A stretch of DNA of 62,372 bases, the filler included. It is 9 parts of 9 records of this genome, joined end to end, with 100 filler letters (N's around TTAATTAATTAA, not from the genome) between each part and the next. Parts side by side here need not be neighbours in the genome. Positions count along the whole stretch, not along the records: positions 19,706 to 26,294 come from SRR31156797_43636; positions 26,395 to 35,287 come from SRR31156797_43638; 7 more parts are not named here. One strand, written 5' to 3'. The notes under the pieces are model-generated. The model did not search any database, was not told the DNA's origin, and saw only the letters and a list, made by a program, of their open reading frames with translations. Shown here piece after piece: positions 19,855 through 31,725 of the stretch. The position numbers were made by a program, and so were the translations under genes. Each line of letters begins with the position of its first letter. The first letter of the stretch is position 1.

Positions 19855-22800
19855 TCAGGAAGTACGCTTTAATTCCTGTTGGATCAGATTTAGTAATTTT
19901 TGCCTTTTTACCGGTTTTGTTATATAACCATTACATCCTGCATCAAGTGCTTTTTCGCGGTCGCCTGACATGGCATAAGCGGTTTGCGCAATTATTACCA
20001 CATCCTTGTCGAATTCCCTGATTTTCCGGGTGGTTTCATATCCGTCGCCGTCAGGCATTTTTATATCCATCAGTATGATGTCGATATCAGCATGTTTTTT
20101 GCATATTTCAACAGTTTCGGTCCCTGAGGTTGTAAAAAGTAATTCACGGGATACTTTTTTCAGGATAACGGAAAGATGCAGTGCACTGATTTCATCGTCT
20201 TCGGCTATGAGGACTTTCGGCTTTTTTATAGCAGAGGGTTCCGATATTTCAGCCATCCCATTTTTGGGCCTCGTTATTGTTGATTCCCGGCCTGACAATG
20301 GAAGCTTAAACCAAAATGTTGAGCCTCCTGCCTTGCCCTCCACGGCGGGTGAACCGGCAGGCAGGTTGCCTTCTTCTGACTCAACCCCAATTTCACCACC
20401 GAGCATTTCCACATAAGCTTTGCTAATAGCCAGCCCCAGCCCGGAACCCTGGAATGCACGAGTGTCTTTGATATCAGCCTGCTCGAACCGGTTAAAAATG
20501 GCATGCTGCCTGTTTTCCGGAACACCAATACCTGAATCTTCAACTTTACAGTGTAAGTACCCGCCGGCAATCTCCAACTCAATATGAATAAATCCTTTAT
20601 CGGTAAATTTTATGGCGTTTTTAACAAGATTACTCACTATAGAATTAAATTTGTTCTGGTCTGTTTTTATTGTCGAAATATCCTTGTTTAATTTTTTTCG
20701 TACAGAAAGTTGTAGTCCTTTATGATCGGCTTCCGGTTTGAAAAAATTATAAAGCGAGTCTACCTCCTCCTGAACGTCGACTTCACTAAGCATAACCGTC
20801 ATTTGCCCGGTTTCAATTTTTGAAATATCAATCAGGTCGTTCACTGTACTTAACATACGTTCACCACTTTGCTGGATGATGTGTATGTATCTCGACAGTT
20901 GTTTCTCGGTAAGATCCGGTTCCTGAAGCAATTCGGTAAAACCGATGATGCCGTTCATCGGTGTACGAATTTCGTGGCTCATATTGGCCAGGAATGCGGA
21001 TTTGAGCTGGTCGGCTTCCTCAGCTTTTTCTTTGGCGTTGATAAGTTCCGTTTCCGCTTTTTTTTGTTCTGTGATATCTTTAAAGGTGCAGTATGTTTGT
21101 TTGAAATTTCCTTTGGCATCATAACCTATGCAACCTTCAAATGAAACCACAATCTCAACACCATCGCTCCGGCACATATTAAATTCTACACCTGTTACCC
21201 TACCCTTCTTTTTAAATTCAGGGAATTTCTTTCGAAATTTTTCCTGCGAATCGGCTCCAAGGAAATCGCCAAACCATCTTCCTAAAACATATTCTCTTTC
21301 GTATCCCAGTGTTCTCAACCACTGTGGATTAACGTCTTTGATCTCGCCGTTAATGTTTAACGATTGATAAGCCAATGGAGCATTCTGATATAATGCACGG
21401 TGCTTTTCCTCGCTATTCTTTATTTGCTTTTCTTTTTGGGCACTATCCACGATTTCGCCAATGAGATGTGCAACAGTATGTAAACGTTTTTTTGCGTTTT
21501 CGATAATGAATGGTGGCCGGGATTTGTATTGTATTGAATTCTCAGCAAGGGCTGTATAATTCATATTGAATTTTTTAGCCAGCTCTTTCAATGTTTTTTC
21601 ATCTGTTGGTGGGTTTCCGTAACCCATATTTATCGAGCCAATCAACCTGTTGCCGGCGAATATCGGTACAGCATAAAGATGAATCCCACCTACACAATCG
21701 ATATCTGTTGCTTTACGGGTCTTGACAGTTTGTTTTGCGGAATCATTCCAGCAATTTTCGTGGCACAGCCATTTTCCGCTATTGAGTGCCTTTTTGTTAT
21801 CTTTTGTATTGCATAACAAAAAAGAAGCATTGTCCATCACACGGCACCATAATGAATCAAATTGTCCATAGGCATAATCACCATTTTTTTCATAGATCGC
21901 AATGGAGGTGTTCAATAAATCCATGATGTCAGAGCACAAGGTTTTTAATGTGTCTGCTCCCACATTGTCCAGTATGGTTCTTTCCTCGTTAAGTTCGGTA
22001 ACATCACCATATTCCGGCATGTAGTGCTCAACAATTTTGGATGAATCCGCTTCTTCTTTTTCGAGCAACCATTCAATTTTTTTGAGTTCTGCTTCTGCTT
22101 TTTTGCTTTCAGTAATGTCCTGAAAAACAACGATAGCTGCAATACGTTTGCCTTTGTCGTTGTTAATAGGGCCAGCGTGCGCCAACACATAACGGTCCTC
22201 TTCGTTATTTCTTCTAATGATAAATTCCTCCCGAACCGTTTCTCCCTTTATAACAGCCCGGGCGAGTGGCACATCCTCAGGTGCATAAGGAGTTCTGTCT
22301 AAATGTAGAATTTGCCAGCGTGATACGTACTTGTTAATGTCCACACCACTAACAACTTCGTTATACGATTTATCGCGAATCATTAAACCGGCACGATTTA
22401 CATACCTGAGTTTTCCATCAGGTAGATCGGCAATGGCTATTCCAGCCTGGCTGTTGTCCATAGCCGCCTGTAGCATGGCTTCGTTTTCTTCGGCTTTTTC
22501 TTTGGCTGCTTTGAGTTCATTTTCAGCTTTTTTGCGGTCTGTAATGTCATGACCTATTCCCAACACACCTATCACTTTTCCGCCTTCGCCATACATAGGA
22601 GTTTTTGTCGTTTCAAGAATGATATGCTTTTCATCCAAAGCCCTTACAATCTCCTCTTCATTTTTACTTGGTTTCCCTGCAATAATGGCCTCTTTATCTC
22701 TTCTTCGGAACAGATCAGCCAGCTCTTCAGGCACAAAATCATAATCTGTTTTACCTACTATTTCACTTTCTTTATGTCCAAAAAGTTCTTCAAACTTCGA

Positions 22801-25179
22801 ATTGCAGTTTAGGTAAACGCCTTCAGTATTCTTCAGCCAGATATAATCAGGTACTGTATTTACCAAAGTCCTGAATCTCCGTTCACTGGCAGAAAGCTGT
22901 TCCTCAGCTTTTTTGCTTTCAGTAATGTCAGTGGCAATTCCACAAACCGCATATATTTTTCCATCCTTATCGATTAATGGAAACTTGATGGACAGGACGA
23001 TTTTCATTTCTCCCTTCCAGGGTACCTTCTCTTCAAAGTTGATTGATTGCCCGGATTCAATAATTTTCTGATCGTTTTTTTTGAATTCATCAGCCAGATC
23101 TTTCGAAAACAGATCATAATCAGTTAATGCCTGAATCTCTTCATCCGAAATTTCGTGCACCTCTTCAAATTTCCGGTTGATGTACAGGTATTTCCCTTCC
23201 AGGTCTTTTATAAAAACTGAAGATGAGCTGTTATCCATAATGCTACGGTATTTCCGTTCGCTGGCTGTTAATGCTTCTTCAGCTTTTATTCGATCAGAAA
23301 TGTCTTCGCCTGAACTTAATGTTCCTGAAATTTCTCCTCTTTCATTTTTCAGGGTATTGTTATGCCAAAAAATGGTTCTTATTTCTCCGGTTTTGCTAAC
23401 AATTTCTGATTCTATATTTTCAACGCTTTCCAGCTCACCCTGCATAATTTTTTTAAAAATGGATTTAACCCTATTAACATCCTTATCTGGCACACAGGTG
23501 TCAAACCAGTTTTTCCCGAGTAGTTCACCGTTTTGATATCCCAACAGCTGGTGGCCGCTCTCGTTGAGTAGTGTAATATTTCCTTTGTTATCCAGCGAAA
23601 TAATTATTTCAGCGGCAATATTCAGGTAACGTTCTGCTACTTCTTTGCTTTTTATCAGCTCTTTTTCGTTGGCTCCTAATTGTTGGTTGGTAGCCCGCAA
23701 TTGTTGTTCACTGGCTGAAAGCTGATCGTTTAATGCCTTCAATTGCTGTTCGCTGGCCCTGAGCTGTTCATTGTATGCCATGAGTTGCTGCTCGCTGGCC
23801 CTGAGCTGCTGGTTATTTGCCATGAGTTGCTGCTCGCTGGCCTCCAGTTGTTGGTAGGCAGCTTTCAGTTTTATTTCTGCTTCTTTGCGTTCGGTGATAT
23901 CCTGGAAAGAACCGCTTACCATGGTCACTTTTCCTTGCTTTACAATGGGCCTGGCCACTGCATTCACCCAGCGCTTATTGCCTTTTGCCGTGGTAACGAT
24001 CCATTCCTGGTTATAGGCTTCTCCTTTTTGTATGGCCTTTTGAATTGCCTGTTCAGCCATAGGGCGGAACGCTTTATCAATAAATTCAAGCCCTTTTGGT
24101 ACTTCGGGGGCTTCCTGCGAGGTATCAATTTCGAGAATTCTGAATATTTCATCCGTCCAGTATTGTTCTAATGTTTCGGGGTTGAATTCCCATCCACCAA
24201 TCCGTCCGGTTCTTTCTGTCTCCTTGAGCAGTTTTGTTGTTTGTTCCAATTTTTCACTTGCATGATAACGTGAAATCACTTTGCCCAGCCGCTCAGCAAT
24301 CAGGTATAATAATTTTTTTTCTTCTTTCAGAAAAGCCAAAGATCCTTTACCGGCCTTAACCCCTGTGAGAAAAACCTCCACACGTCCTGATTTCCCGCCA
24401 TTAATAATTAGATCTTCGCCAATCTTGTTTGAGGAAGCCCTGAAATTCTTCGATTTAAATGCTTTATTGTTGAATGTAATGCGGCTGCAGGTTTGTTCAG
24501 GATATTGCCAGGCAGCAGGAATTGTGTTTACGGATTCCTGGAATATATCATCCAATGTAATTCCGGGCCGTTCAATGATCCGGGCAATTTCGTAAAGACA
24601 ATTCATTTCCTTTAACCTTTCGCCCAGTTCAAAAGCCAGTTTACGGCTCTTTTTTTCTTCCGCTTTCAAACCCTCATTTGCCGCCGTTAGTTGCTGATTG
24701 GCAGCTCTCAGTTGTTGCTCATTTGCAGTTAGCTGCTGGTTTGCGGCACGCAACTGCTGTTCGTTGGCTGAAAGTTGCTGCTCGTTTGCTATATGTTCAC
24801 AAACATGTTTTAAAACTTCAGGCAGGGCTTTCAAATAATCACGCTCTTTTATGATATATTCATGGCAGCCGAGTCTCAGCATTTCGGCTGCTATTTTCTC
24901 ATACCCCAAACCTGTAAGTGTAACAAAAATTGGCGTTTTATGGTGTTTCTCAGTTAGTTTTATAACGAGTTGCTTCGCGGTCATATCCGGAAGATCATAA
25001 TCCAAAACCAATATTTCATTGTCATCCCCTTGTATTCGCTCAATTGCATCTTTACCGGTACTTAATAAAACAGTTTCATAGCCTGCCTTATCCAGGACCA
25101 TTTGAATTAAATTTCCCTGATCTGCATCATCTTCCACAATGATTATCTGGTAATCCTGAACATTGATTTTGTTTTTCAT
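19855..25179 (-). CDS. cytoplasmic hybrid histidine kinase: REC, coiled-coil repeats, multiple PAS, PocR-like, PAS, HisKA, HATPase, REC
   Basis: N-terminal IIIVEDD/LDYDLPD receiver; repeated PAS ends (DITERK, DISDR, DITESK); Cys-rich [41 protein letters not shown]-terminal LMDIKMP. Confidence 0.92.
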   Translation of the reverse strand: MKNKINVQDYQIIIVEDDADQGNLIQMVLDKAGYETVLLSTGKDAIERIQGDDNEILVLDYDLPDMTAKQLVIKLTEKHHKTPIFVTLTGLGYEKIAAEMLRLGCHEYIIKERDYLKALPEVLKHVCEHIANEQQLSANEQQLRAANQQLTANEQQLRAANQQLTAANEGLKAEEKKSRKLAFELGERLKEMNCLYEIARIIERPGITLDDIFQESVNTIPAAWQYPEQTCSRITFNNKAFKSKNFRASSNKIGEDLIINGGKSGRVEVFLTGVKAGKGSLAFLKEEKKLLYLIAERLGKVISRYHASEKLEQTTKLLKETERTGRIGGWEFNPETLEQYWTDEIFRILEIDTSQEAPEVPKGLEFIDKAFRPMAEQAIQKAIQKGEAYNQEWIVTTAKGNKRWVNAVARPIVKQGKVTMVSGSFQDITERKEAEIKLKAAYQQLEASEQQLMANNQQLRASEQQLMAYNEQLRASEQQLKALNDQLSASEQQLRATNQQLGANEKELIKSKEVAERYLNIAAEIIISLDNKGNITLLNESGHQLLGYQNGELLGKNWFDTCVPDKDVNRVKSIFKKIMQGELESVENIESEIVSKTGEIRTIFWHNNTLKNERGEISGTLSSGEDISDRIKAEEALTASERKYRSIMDNSSSSVFIKDLEGKYLYINRKFEEVHEISDEEIQALTDYDLFSKDLADEFKKNDQKIIESGQSINFEEKVPWKGEMKIVLSIKFPLIDKDGKIYAVCGIATDITESKKAEEQLSASERRFRTLVNTVPDYIWLKNTEGVYLNCNSKFEELFGHKESEIVGKTDYDFVPEELADLFRRRDKEAIIAGKPSKNEEEIVRALDEKHIILETTKTPMYGEGGKVIGVLGIGHDITDRKKAENELKAAKEKAEENEAMLQAAMDNSQAGIAIADLPDGKLRYVNRAGLMIRDKSYNEVVSGVDINKYVSRWQILHLDRTPYAPEDVPLARAVIKGETVREEFIIRRNNEEDRYVLAHAGPINNDKGKRIAAIVVFQDITESKKAEAELKKIEWLLEKEEADSSKIVEHYMPEYGDVTELNEERTILDNVGADTLKTLCSDIMDLLNTSIAIYEKNGDYAYGQFDSLWCRVMDNASFLLCNTKDNKKALNSGKWLCHENCWNDSAKQTVKTRKATDIDCVGGIHLYAVPIFAGNRLIGSINMGYGNPPTDEKTLKELAKKFNMNYTALAENSIQYKSRPPFIIENAKKRLHTVAHLIGEIVDSAQKEKQIKNSEEKHRALYQNAPLAYQSLNINGEIKDVNPQWLRTLGYEREYVLGRWFGDFLGADSQEKFRKKFPEFKKKGRVTGVEFNMCRSDGVEIVVSFEGCIGYDAKGNFKQTYCTFKDITEQKKAETELINAKEKAEEADQLKSAFLANMSHEIRTPMNGIIGFTELLQEPDLTEKQLSRYIHIIQQSGERMLSTVNDLIDISKIETGQMTVMLSEVDVQEEVDSLYNFFKPEADHKGLQLSVRKKLNKDISTIKTDQNKFNSIVSNLVKNAIKFTDKGFIHIELEIAGGYLHCKVEDSGIGVPENRQHAIFNRFEQADIKDTRAFQGSGLGLAISKAYVEMLGGEIGVESEEGNLPAGSPAVEGKAGGSTFWFKLPLSGRESTITRPKNGMAEISEPSAIKKPKVLIAEDDEISALHLSVILKKVSRELLFTTSGTETVEICKKHADIDIILMDIKMPDGDGYETTRKIREFDKDVVIIAQTAYAMSGDREKALDAGCNGYITKPVKRQKLLNLIQQELKRTS
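20327..20365. repeat. small palindromic element inserted in frame in the HATPase domain
   Basis: CCTGCCTTGCC...GGCAGGCAGG inverted repeat; encodes most of the extra [14 protein letters not shown], which the adjacent paralog lacks. Confidence 0.6.
23670..23860 (-). repeat. 42-bp / 14-aa tandem repeat block (xASEQQLxAxNQQL); second block at about 24682-24790
   Basis: [59 protein letters not shown] and [38 protein letters not shown]. Confidence 0.85.
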
Positions 25180-25219
25180 TGCTGACTCTGATTTGTGATT
25201 TGACTATTTTCTGTTTCTT

Positions 25220-26294
25220 TTAGGCATGTTTTTCAATTTTCCTTAGGAGTGTCTCTGCATGTATAGGCTTAGCTATATAATCGTTACAACCGGCTTCAAT
25301 TGCTTTCTCCCTGTCGCCGGTCATTGCATAAGCAGTTTGCGCAATTATAACCACGTCTTTATTAAATTCACGGATATTAGCTGCAGCTTCATAACCGTTT
25401 AACACCGGCATTTTGATATCCATCAGGATTATATCGATATCCGGATGTTGCCTGCAAATTTCCACAGCCTGTTCTCCGTTTTTTGCATGAACTAACTCAC
25501 GGGCATGTTTTCTCAGTAAAATAGACAAGTGCTCAAAACTCACTTCATCATCTTCGGCGATCAATATTTTGGATTTTGCGATTGGTTTTAAATCGGCTTT
25601 ATCAGTTGCTGCATCATTTGTTTTATTATTCTTTGGTTCGGTACTTTTCCAGGGCAAGCTAAAATAGAAAGTAGAGCCAACTTCTACTTCCGACTCTACC
25701 CGGATTTCCCCATTGAGCATCTCAACATAAGCCTTGGTTATGGCCAGGCCCAGACCTGACCCTTCAAATGCACGGCTGTCGCCAATATCCGCTTGTTCGA
25801 AACGGTTAAATATTGCCTGTTGCCGGATATTAGGTATCCCGATGCCGGTATCTTTCACGTAGCACAATAACCTGCCGTCTCTCTTTTCACAACCAATTTT
25901 CACTGATCCTTTATCCGTGTATTTAATCGCGTTTTTTATCAGGTTGGTTAAGATAGAATTGAATTTTAGTTTATCGGTAAGTATGTGTGCTTCATCTTCC
26001 TGAAGGTTTAACGCTAAATTGAGCTTCAACCCTTTTTGTTCTGCTTCGGGCCCGAAAAAAGCATACAGGGCTTTAATTTCATGCAGTATGTTTGTTTGTG
26101 TCATTGCGACCTTTACCAGACCGGTTTCAATTTTTGAAATATCAATCAAGTCATTTACAGTATTCAGCATGCGGTCACCACTTTTTTGTATGATATCGAT
26201 GTATTGATTTAGCTGTTCATCTGTTAACGCCGGTTCTTTCAGCAAATCGGTAAAACCGAGTATACCGTTCATGGGGGTGCGGATTTCGTGGCTC
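25220..26294 (-). CDS. hybrid histidine kinase (HisKA-HATPase-REC), N-terminus truncated
   Basis: [40 protein letters not shown]; close paralog of the C-terminal part of the downstream kinase. Confidence 0.9.
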
Positions 26295-26394
26295 NNNNNN
26301 NNNNNNNNNNNNNNNNNNNNNNNNNNNNNNNNNNNNNNTTAATTAATTAANNNNNNNNNNNNNNNNNNNNNNNNNNNNNNNNNNNNNNNNNNNN

Positions 26395-28191
26395 GTGGAC
26401 TGGTATCCCTGGGGGGAGGAGGCCTTTGAAACCGCAAAACGCCTGGACAGGCCGGTGTTGCTTTCCATTGGGTATTCCACCTGCCACTGGTGCCATGTGA
26501 TGGAGGAGGAATCCTTTGAAGATGAAGAGATCGCCGGGGCTTTGAATGCAGATTATATTGCCGTGAAGGTGGACCGGGAGGAGCGGCCCGATATCGACGC
26601 CATCTATATGGCGGCCGTGCAGGCCATGACCGGTTCCGGGGGATGGCCGTTGAATGTCTGGCTGACCTGGGACAAAAAACCGTTTTTCGGGGGGACCTAT
26701 TTCCCGGCCCGGGATGGAGACCGGGGGGTGGGCATGGGATTTTCCAACCTGCTGGAACGGCTGGGAGACATATATAAAACAGACCGGGACAAGGTGGAAA
26801 GATCGGCCAATGACCTTGTCAACGCCATTGGTCAATACATGGCGCTCCCGCCGGGGACAGCCCTGCCGGGGATGGCGGTGCTGGATAAGGCGGCCCGGAT
26901 CTGCAAGCAGGAGTTTGACCCGGTAAACGGGGGGACCAAAGGCGCGCCAAAGTTTCCCAGCAGTCTGCCGGTCCGGTTCCTGCTGCGCCACTGGCGGCGA
27001 ACCGGGGATGGGGCGCTCCTTGAGATGGCCCGGAAATCCCTTGTGAAAATGGCTTCCGGGGGCATGTATGATCAGGTGGGGGGCGGTTTCCATCGCTATT
27101 CCACGGATTCCCAATGGCTGGTTCCCCATTTTGAGAAAATGCTCTATGACAATGCCCTGCTGGTGCCGGCTTATCTGGAAGGATTCCAGGCCACAGGGGA
27201 GGAAACGTTTGCGGGGGTGGTTCGCCATATCCTCGATTACGTCAACCGCGAAATGACATCCCCCCAGGGCGCCTTTTACTCGGCCACCGATGCGGACAGC
27301 CTGAATCCCCAGGGCCGGATGGATGAAGGCTATTTCTTCACATGGACCCCCGGGGAGATTAGGGAGGTCCTGGAGCATGATGAGGCCGAGGCGGTGATCC
27401 GGTATTACGGGATCAGTGAAACCGGGAATTTCGAAGGACGCTCGATCTTGACCAGGCCCCGGGACCCTGCCGGGGTGGCCCGGGATCTCAAGATCAGCGA
27501 GCAGGCCTTGGGGGAAATGATCGAAAGGGCCGGCCGGCAGCTCTATGGTGTCCGGAACACCCGGCCAAAGCCCTTGCGTGACGAAAAAATACTCACCGCC
27601 TGGAACGGGTTGATGATCTCCGCTTATGCCGCGGCCGGGCGCATACTTGAGCAACCGGAATATACGGACCGGGCCGAAAGGGCCGCCCGGTTCATCTTGG
27701 AAAGGGTGTTTAAGGAGAATAAACTGTATCGCAGCTATCAGGACGGAACCCCCCGCCATAACGGTTATGGGGAGGATTACGCCTTTTTCACGGCGGCCCT
27801 CCTGGACCTGTATGACGCTACCCATGATGAAAAATGGCTGGGAAAAGCCATTGAAATGGACGCCCTCCTGGAGGAAAAGTTCGAAGACCGTGAAAACGGC
27901 GGTTTCTTCATGACCGCCCATGATCACGAGGTGTTGATCGCCCGGCAGAAGAACAGCACCGACGGCGCAACCCCCGGGGGAAACTCCGTGGCCGTCCTGT
28001 GCCTGTTCCGCCTGGCCGGGTATACCGCCGCCGCCGACGGGAACTACGCTGACCGGGGCCGCAGGGCGTTGAAGGCGTTTTCCCAAATCCTCGATGCCAG
28101 CCCCATGGCCCTGTCCGAGATGCTGCTGGCCGTGGATCTTTTCCTGGACACCCAAAAAGGGACGGAGGAACGCGATCCTGCCGGGAACTGA
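26395..28191 (+). CDS. YyaL/SSP411-like thioredoxin-domain + alpha/alpha-barrel protein, N-terminus truncated
   Basis: [70 protein letters not shown]. Confidence 0.93.
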   Translation: MDWYPWGEEAFETAKRLDRPVLLSIGYSTCHWCHVMEEESFEDEEIAGALNADYIAVKVDREERPDIDAIYMAAVQAMTGSGGWPLNVWLTWDKKPFFGGTYFPARDGDRGVGMGFSNLLERLGDIYKTDRDKVERSANDLVNAIGQYMALPPGTALPGMAVLDKAARICKQEFDPVNGGTKGAPKFPSSLPVRFLLRHWRRTGDGALLEMARKSLVKMASGGMYDQVGGGFHRYSTDSQWLVPHFEKMLYDNALLVPAYLEGFQATGEETFAGVVRHILDYVNREMTSPQGAFYSATDADSLNPQGRMDEGYFFTWTPGEIREVLEHDEAEAVIRYYGISETGNFEGRSILTRPRDPAGVARDLKISEQALGEMIERAGRQLYGVRNTRPKPLRDEKILTAWNGLMISAYAAAGRILEQPEYTDRAERAARFILERVFKENKLYRSYQDGTPRHNGYGEDYAFFTAALLDLYDATHDEKWLGKAIEMDALLEEKFEDRENGGFFMTAHDHEVLIARQKNSTDGATPGGNSVAVLCLFRLAGYTAAADGNYADRGRRALKAFSQILDASPMALSEMLLAVDLFLDTQKGTEERDPAGN

Positions 28192-28336
28192 TGCCGGGGA
28201 AATTTTGAGGTCAGGGGGGTAAAAGTGTGGTATAACAGATGAACAAACCATTCATCATTCCACAACCGCCATGACAATACCATGACCTGTAATTACAGAA
28301 AAATGGCTGGTGGCCGGACCACCGGAAGGAGTCGCC

Positions 28337-29128
28337 ATGGGGCAGGAAACCGGGAAGGCCACATCCAGAGGCCGTCAGGGTGCGAACCTGAAAATCATTG
28401 CCTGCGTATTGATTGTTGCCGGGGCGCTGGCTGCGGCCATATATCTTGATTTGCCGGAGATGTTTCGCAACGCCCTGGCCTGGATCGACCGGGCAGGCTC
28501 CATCGCGCCCCTGGTTTTTTCTCTGCTTTATGTGGCCGCCTGCGTGTTCATGCTGCCCGGGGCGATCCTGACCCTTGGGGCCGGGGCGGTGTTTGGGGTG
28601 GTCCGGGGCTTCCTGCTCGTTTCCCTGGCCTCCACCCTGGGGGCCACGGCGGCCTTCCTGACCGGCCGTTACCTGGCGCGATCCATGGTGGCCCGGCGGG
28701 TGGAGGGAAATCCAACCTTTAAAGCCCTGGATGAGGCCGTGGCCGGCCAGGGCTGGAAAATCGTGGGCCTGACCCGGCTTTCGCCGGTCTTTCCTTTTAA
28801 CCTCCTTAACTACGGGTTTGGCTTGACCCGGGTCTCTTTGCGGGATTATGTCCTGGCGTCATGGATCGGGATGATTCCAGGCACGGTGATGTATGTCTAC
28901 CTCGGCTCCCTGGCCGGCAGCCTGACCGAGCTTGGGGCAACGGACAGCGGCCGTACCCGTTCCCCCGCTGAATGGGGGCTTTATCTCCTGGGGCTGGTGG
29001 CAACGGTGGCGGTTACCGTGGTCATCACCCGCATTGCGCGCCAGGCCCTGGGGCGGCGGATGAAGCCCGGGGGGAAACCGGAGACGGAATCCAACACGGA
29101 ATCAAAGGAGAAGAACCATGATCAATAA
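28337..29128 (+). CDS. TVP38/TMEM64 (VTT/SNARE-associated, DedA superfamily) membrane protein
   Basis: LPGAILTLGAGAVFG, GATAAFLTGRY, TRLSPVFPFNLLNY, GMIPGTVMYVYLG; GAAGGAG SD. Confidence 0.92.
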   Translation: MGQETGKATSRGRQGANLKIIACVLIVAGALAAAIYLDLPEMFRNALAWIDRAGSIAPLVFSLLYVAACVFMLPGAILTLGAGAVFGVVRGFLLVSLASTLGATAAFLTGRYLARSMVARRVEGNPTFKALDEAVAGQGWKIVGLTRLSPVFPFNLLNYGFGLTRVSLRDYVLASWIGMIPGTVMYVYLGSLAGSLTELGATDSGRTRSPAEWGLYLLGLVATVAVTVVITRIARQALGRRMKPGGKPETESNTESKEKNHDQ

Positions 29129-30650
29129 ACCCTGGCATTTCGATGTGACGCCCCGGGACGAGCATAACCAAAAGCTGGTGGATCATGTCCATCCCCCGGC
29201 ATGGACGCCGCCCGTGCCTGAGCCCTGCTACAATCTTGTGGTGATCGGGGCCGGCACCGCGGGGCTCATTTCCGCCCTGGGCTGTGCCGGGCTCGGCGGA
29301 AAGGTGGCCCTGGTGGAACGTCACCTCATGGGGGGGGATTGCCTTAATGTGGGGTGTGTCCCCTCCAAGTGTTTTGTCCGTTCCTCCCGTGCGGCCGCTG
29401 AAATGGCTTCAGGGGATCGGTTCGGACTGACCCCCTGTTCCCCGCCGGAATCGGATTTCGCCGCTGTCATGGCCCGGCTGCGGCGGCTGCGGGCCCATAT
29501 CAGCCGGCACGACTCCGCCTTGCGGTATCGCGACATGGGGGTTGATCTGTTTTTTGGGGAGGCGGTCTTTGCCGATCACAACACCGTGGCCGTGGGGGAC
29601 ACCACCCTGCGTTTCCGCAAGGCCGTCATTGCCGCCGGTGCCCGCCCGGTGCACCCCGGGATAGAGGGGCTGGACACGGTGGGGTTCATGACCAATCAGA
29701 CGGTTTTCAACCTCACGGAACTGCCCCGGCGGCTGGTGGTCATCGGCGGCGGTCCCATCGGGTGTGAGCTGGCACAGGGCTTCCGGCGTCTGGGGGCCCG
29801 GGTGACGATTGTCCAGCACAGCCGTTTCCTGTCCAGGGAAGATCCCGATGCCTCGGCCCTCCTTGCCAGGGTGTTTGAGAACGAAGGCATTCGCATTCTG
29901 CCCGGCGCCAGGGTGGTTCGCGTGGAAGCCTCCCCAACGGGCAAGCGGGTGACCATCGCCACCTTTGACGGCCAGGAGACCGTGGAAGCCGATGAGATCC
30001 TGATCGGCGCGGGCCGACAGCCCAATGTGGAGGGCCTGGGCCTTACCAATGCCGGGGTCATCTATGATAAGCGCAAGGGGATCGTGGTGGATGACTTTCT
30101 GCGCACCAGCAATCAGGATATCTTCGCGGCGGGAGATATCTGCATGGCGTGGAAATTCACCCACGCGGCGGATGCCGGGGCCCGCATCGCCGTACAGAAC
30201 GCCCTTTTCCTCGGACGAAAACGGGTAAGTTCACTGAACATGCCATGGTGCACCTATACCGATCCTGAAATCGCCCATGTGGGACTGTACGAGGCCGACG
30301 CCGAAAAGCAGGGCATCCCCACCGATACCTTCAGGGTTGAGATGGCGGAGGTGGACCGGGCCGTTACGGATGGAGACGACCAGGGCTTTGTAAAAGTCCT
30401 GGTGAAGAAAGGCACGGACCGGATTCTCGGGGCAACCATCGTCGCAGCCCATGCCGGGGAGCTCATCAGCGAGATCTCCGTGGCCATGGCCGCCAAAGCC
30501 GGATTGAAAACCCTGAGCACCGTGATCCATCCCTATCCCACCCAGGCGGAGGCCATCAAACGGGTGGCCGACGCATACAACCGCACCCGCTTGACGCCCC
30601 GTGTGGCAGGATTGCTTAAATGGTGGCTCAAGCGGCAAAGGAGGTGCTGA
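29118..30650 (+). CDS. MerA/LpdA-like FAD-dependent pyridine nucleotide-disulfide oxidoreductase
   Basis: GAGTAG, GGDCLNVGCVPSK, GGGPIGCE, IHPYPTQAE; no NmerA domain and no C-terminal Cys-Cys pair. Confidence 0.9.
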   Translation: MINKPWHFDVTPRDEHNQKLVDHVHPPAWTPPVPEPCYNLVVIGAGTAGLISALGCAGLGGKVALVERHLMGGDCLNVGCVPSKCFVRSSRAAAEMASGDRFGLTPCSPPESDFAAVMARLRRLRAHISRHDSALRYRDMGVDLFFGEAVFADHNTVAVGDTTLRFRKAVIAAGARPVHPGIEGLDTVGFMTNQTVFNLTELPRRLVVIGGGPIGCELAQGFRRLGARVTIVQHSRFLSREDPDASALLARVFENEGIRILPGARVVRVEASPTGKRVTIATFDGQETVEADEILIGAGRQPNVEGLGLTNAGVIYDKRKGIVVDDFLRTSNQDIFAAGDICMAWKFTHAADAGARIAVQNALFLGRKRVSSLNMPWCTYTDPEIAHVGLYEADAEKQGIPTDTFRVEMAEVDRAVTDGDDQGFVKVLVKKGTDRILGATIVAAHAGELISEISVAMAAKAGLKTLSTVIHPYPTQAEAIKRVADAYNRTRLTPRVAGLLKWWLKRQRRC

Positions 30651-30720
30651 TTGCCGGTTGACGCCCATATCATGATCTTTGGCCGGTATCCGGAATCGGG
30701 AACGGCCAGGACCCGCCTGA
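30569..30720 (+). repeat. 152-bp diverged direct repeat, copy 1 (copy 2 at 31726-31877)
   Basis: Gap-free manual alignment with 22 mismatches in 152 nt; spans the oxidoreductase stop / glycosyltransferase start junction. Confidence 0.9.
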
Positions 30721-30729
30721 CCATGAGAG

Positions 30730-31155
30730 CTACCGTAATAACCCCGGTTTCGTTGCCTTGTCAATAATCAGGACATCTTCACTGGCGTTGAAGAATTCAG
30801 GATCCATACCGGTGGTCCATCCATCCAGGGTAATGGCGTTTTCAATTCCGACGACCAGGGTTCCTTCAACATCGGACATCAAGACGATGGCGTCAAAGAA
30901 ACCGAGAGAATCCCTCTTCCAGGCGTACAGCGGAACATCGTTGACTTTGACGGTTATCGGGTCAACCAGACCATAGGGGATGTTGGTGTGAATCACGAAA
31001 CTCTCCATTGAACCGCCAACGTTGATGATGTTGGGAGCCACATCAATAGCGGCATCCAGACCATGGGCCTTTGGCGAAAAGGGCAACAACAGGAGCATCA
31101 ACAGCGTTGCTGCCAATACGTATCTACCCGCTTTTTTAAATAGTGAATTGTTCAT
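30730..31155 (-). CDS. secreted hypothetical protein (beta-rich, possibly Ig-like)
   Basis: AGGAGG SD, Sec-type signal peptide (KKAGR, hydrophobic core, ...PKAHG), 141 aa; lies between the two repeat copies. Confidence 0.7.
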   Translation of the reverse strand: MNNSLFKKAGRYVLAATLLMLLLLPFSPKAHGLDAAIDVAPNIINVGGSMESFVIHTNIPYGLVDPITVKVNDVPLYAWKRDSLGFFDAIVLMSDVEGTLVVGIENAITLDGWTTGMDPEFFNASEDVLIIDKATKPGLLR

Positions 31156-31725
31156 TGCAGCCTCCTCTTTTTTGAATGATTACCGGGAAATGTCGACAAC
31201 AAAATAAAATGACGACGGTCCTGTTTCCAGTCTGTCAACGCCTCCGGAAGAAGCTTGAAGATCCCGAAAGCGTGGATACGGGTACTTTCAATGTTTTGCG
31301 TTGCACCGCCTTACCTCCTGTTGCCAAAAATGTTTGAAAGACATGCCTTGATTTAATATCAGGACCGGTTCCTGACGGGGGCACTGTCGTTTTGCAATAT
31401 TTCCGTTTTAGCAGTATCTCAATGGATATCGAGGAGACGAATGTCACATCCACTTGCACTTCAGGTCGATTGGGAGACTATCCTTATAAGATAATATCGA
31501 TCTCGGTATGATCAAACTATTTTCATCCGTTGTTGTGAATGATCCGTGTCCCCTTACGTTTGTTATTGAGCAGGCAAGCCCTCTGCACAATATCAACGGT
31601 TTACGCTTTACAAACCCGGTTGGAATCGATAAACTTTCAGAGTTGGTCATTCCTGAGAGACTCCCTTCAATCCCGGGGAAAAACAATAGCTTCTAAGAGC
31701 ACGTTCTATCGTTATTGTAACTGTT

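Noticed and set aside
23670-23860. Possible CRISPR array from 42-bp periodicity
   Set aside because: In-frame coding repeats with no unique spacers and no cas genes nearby.
29118-30650. Mercuric reductase merA / mercury resistance operon
   Set aside because: No C-terminal Cys-Cys pair, no NmerA domain, and no merR, merT or merP nearby.
30639-30660. Cys-TGA read as Cys-Sec with in-frame read-through into the glycosyltransferase
   Set aside because: The RRC-stop codons coincide with an AAGGAGGT SD placed 5 nt before the TTG start, which explains the sequence; no convincing SECIS hairpin by eye. A bSECISearch run would settle it.
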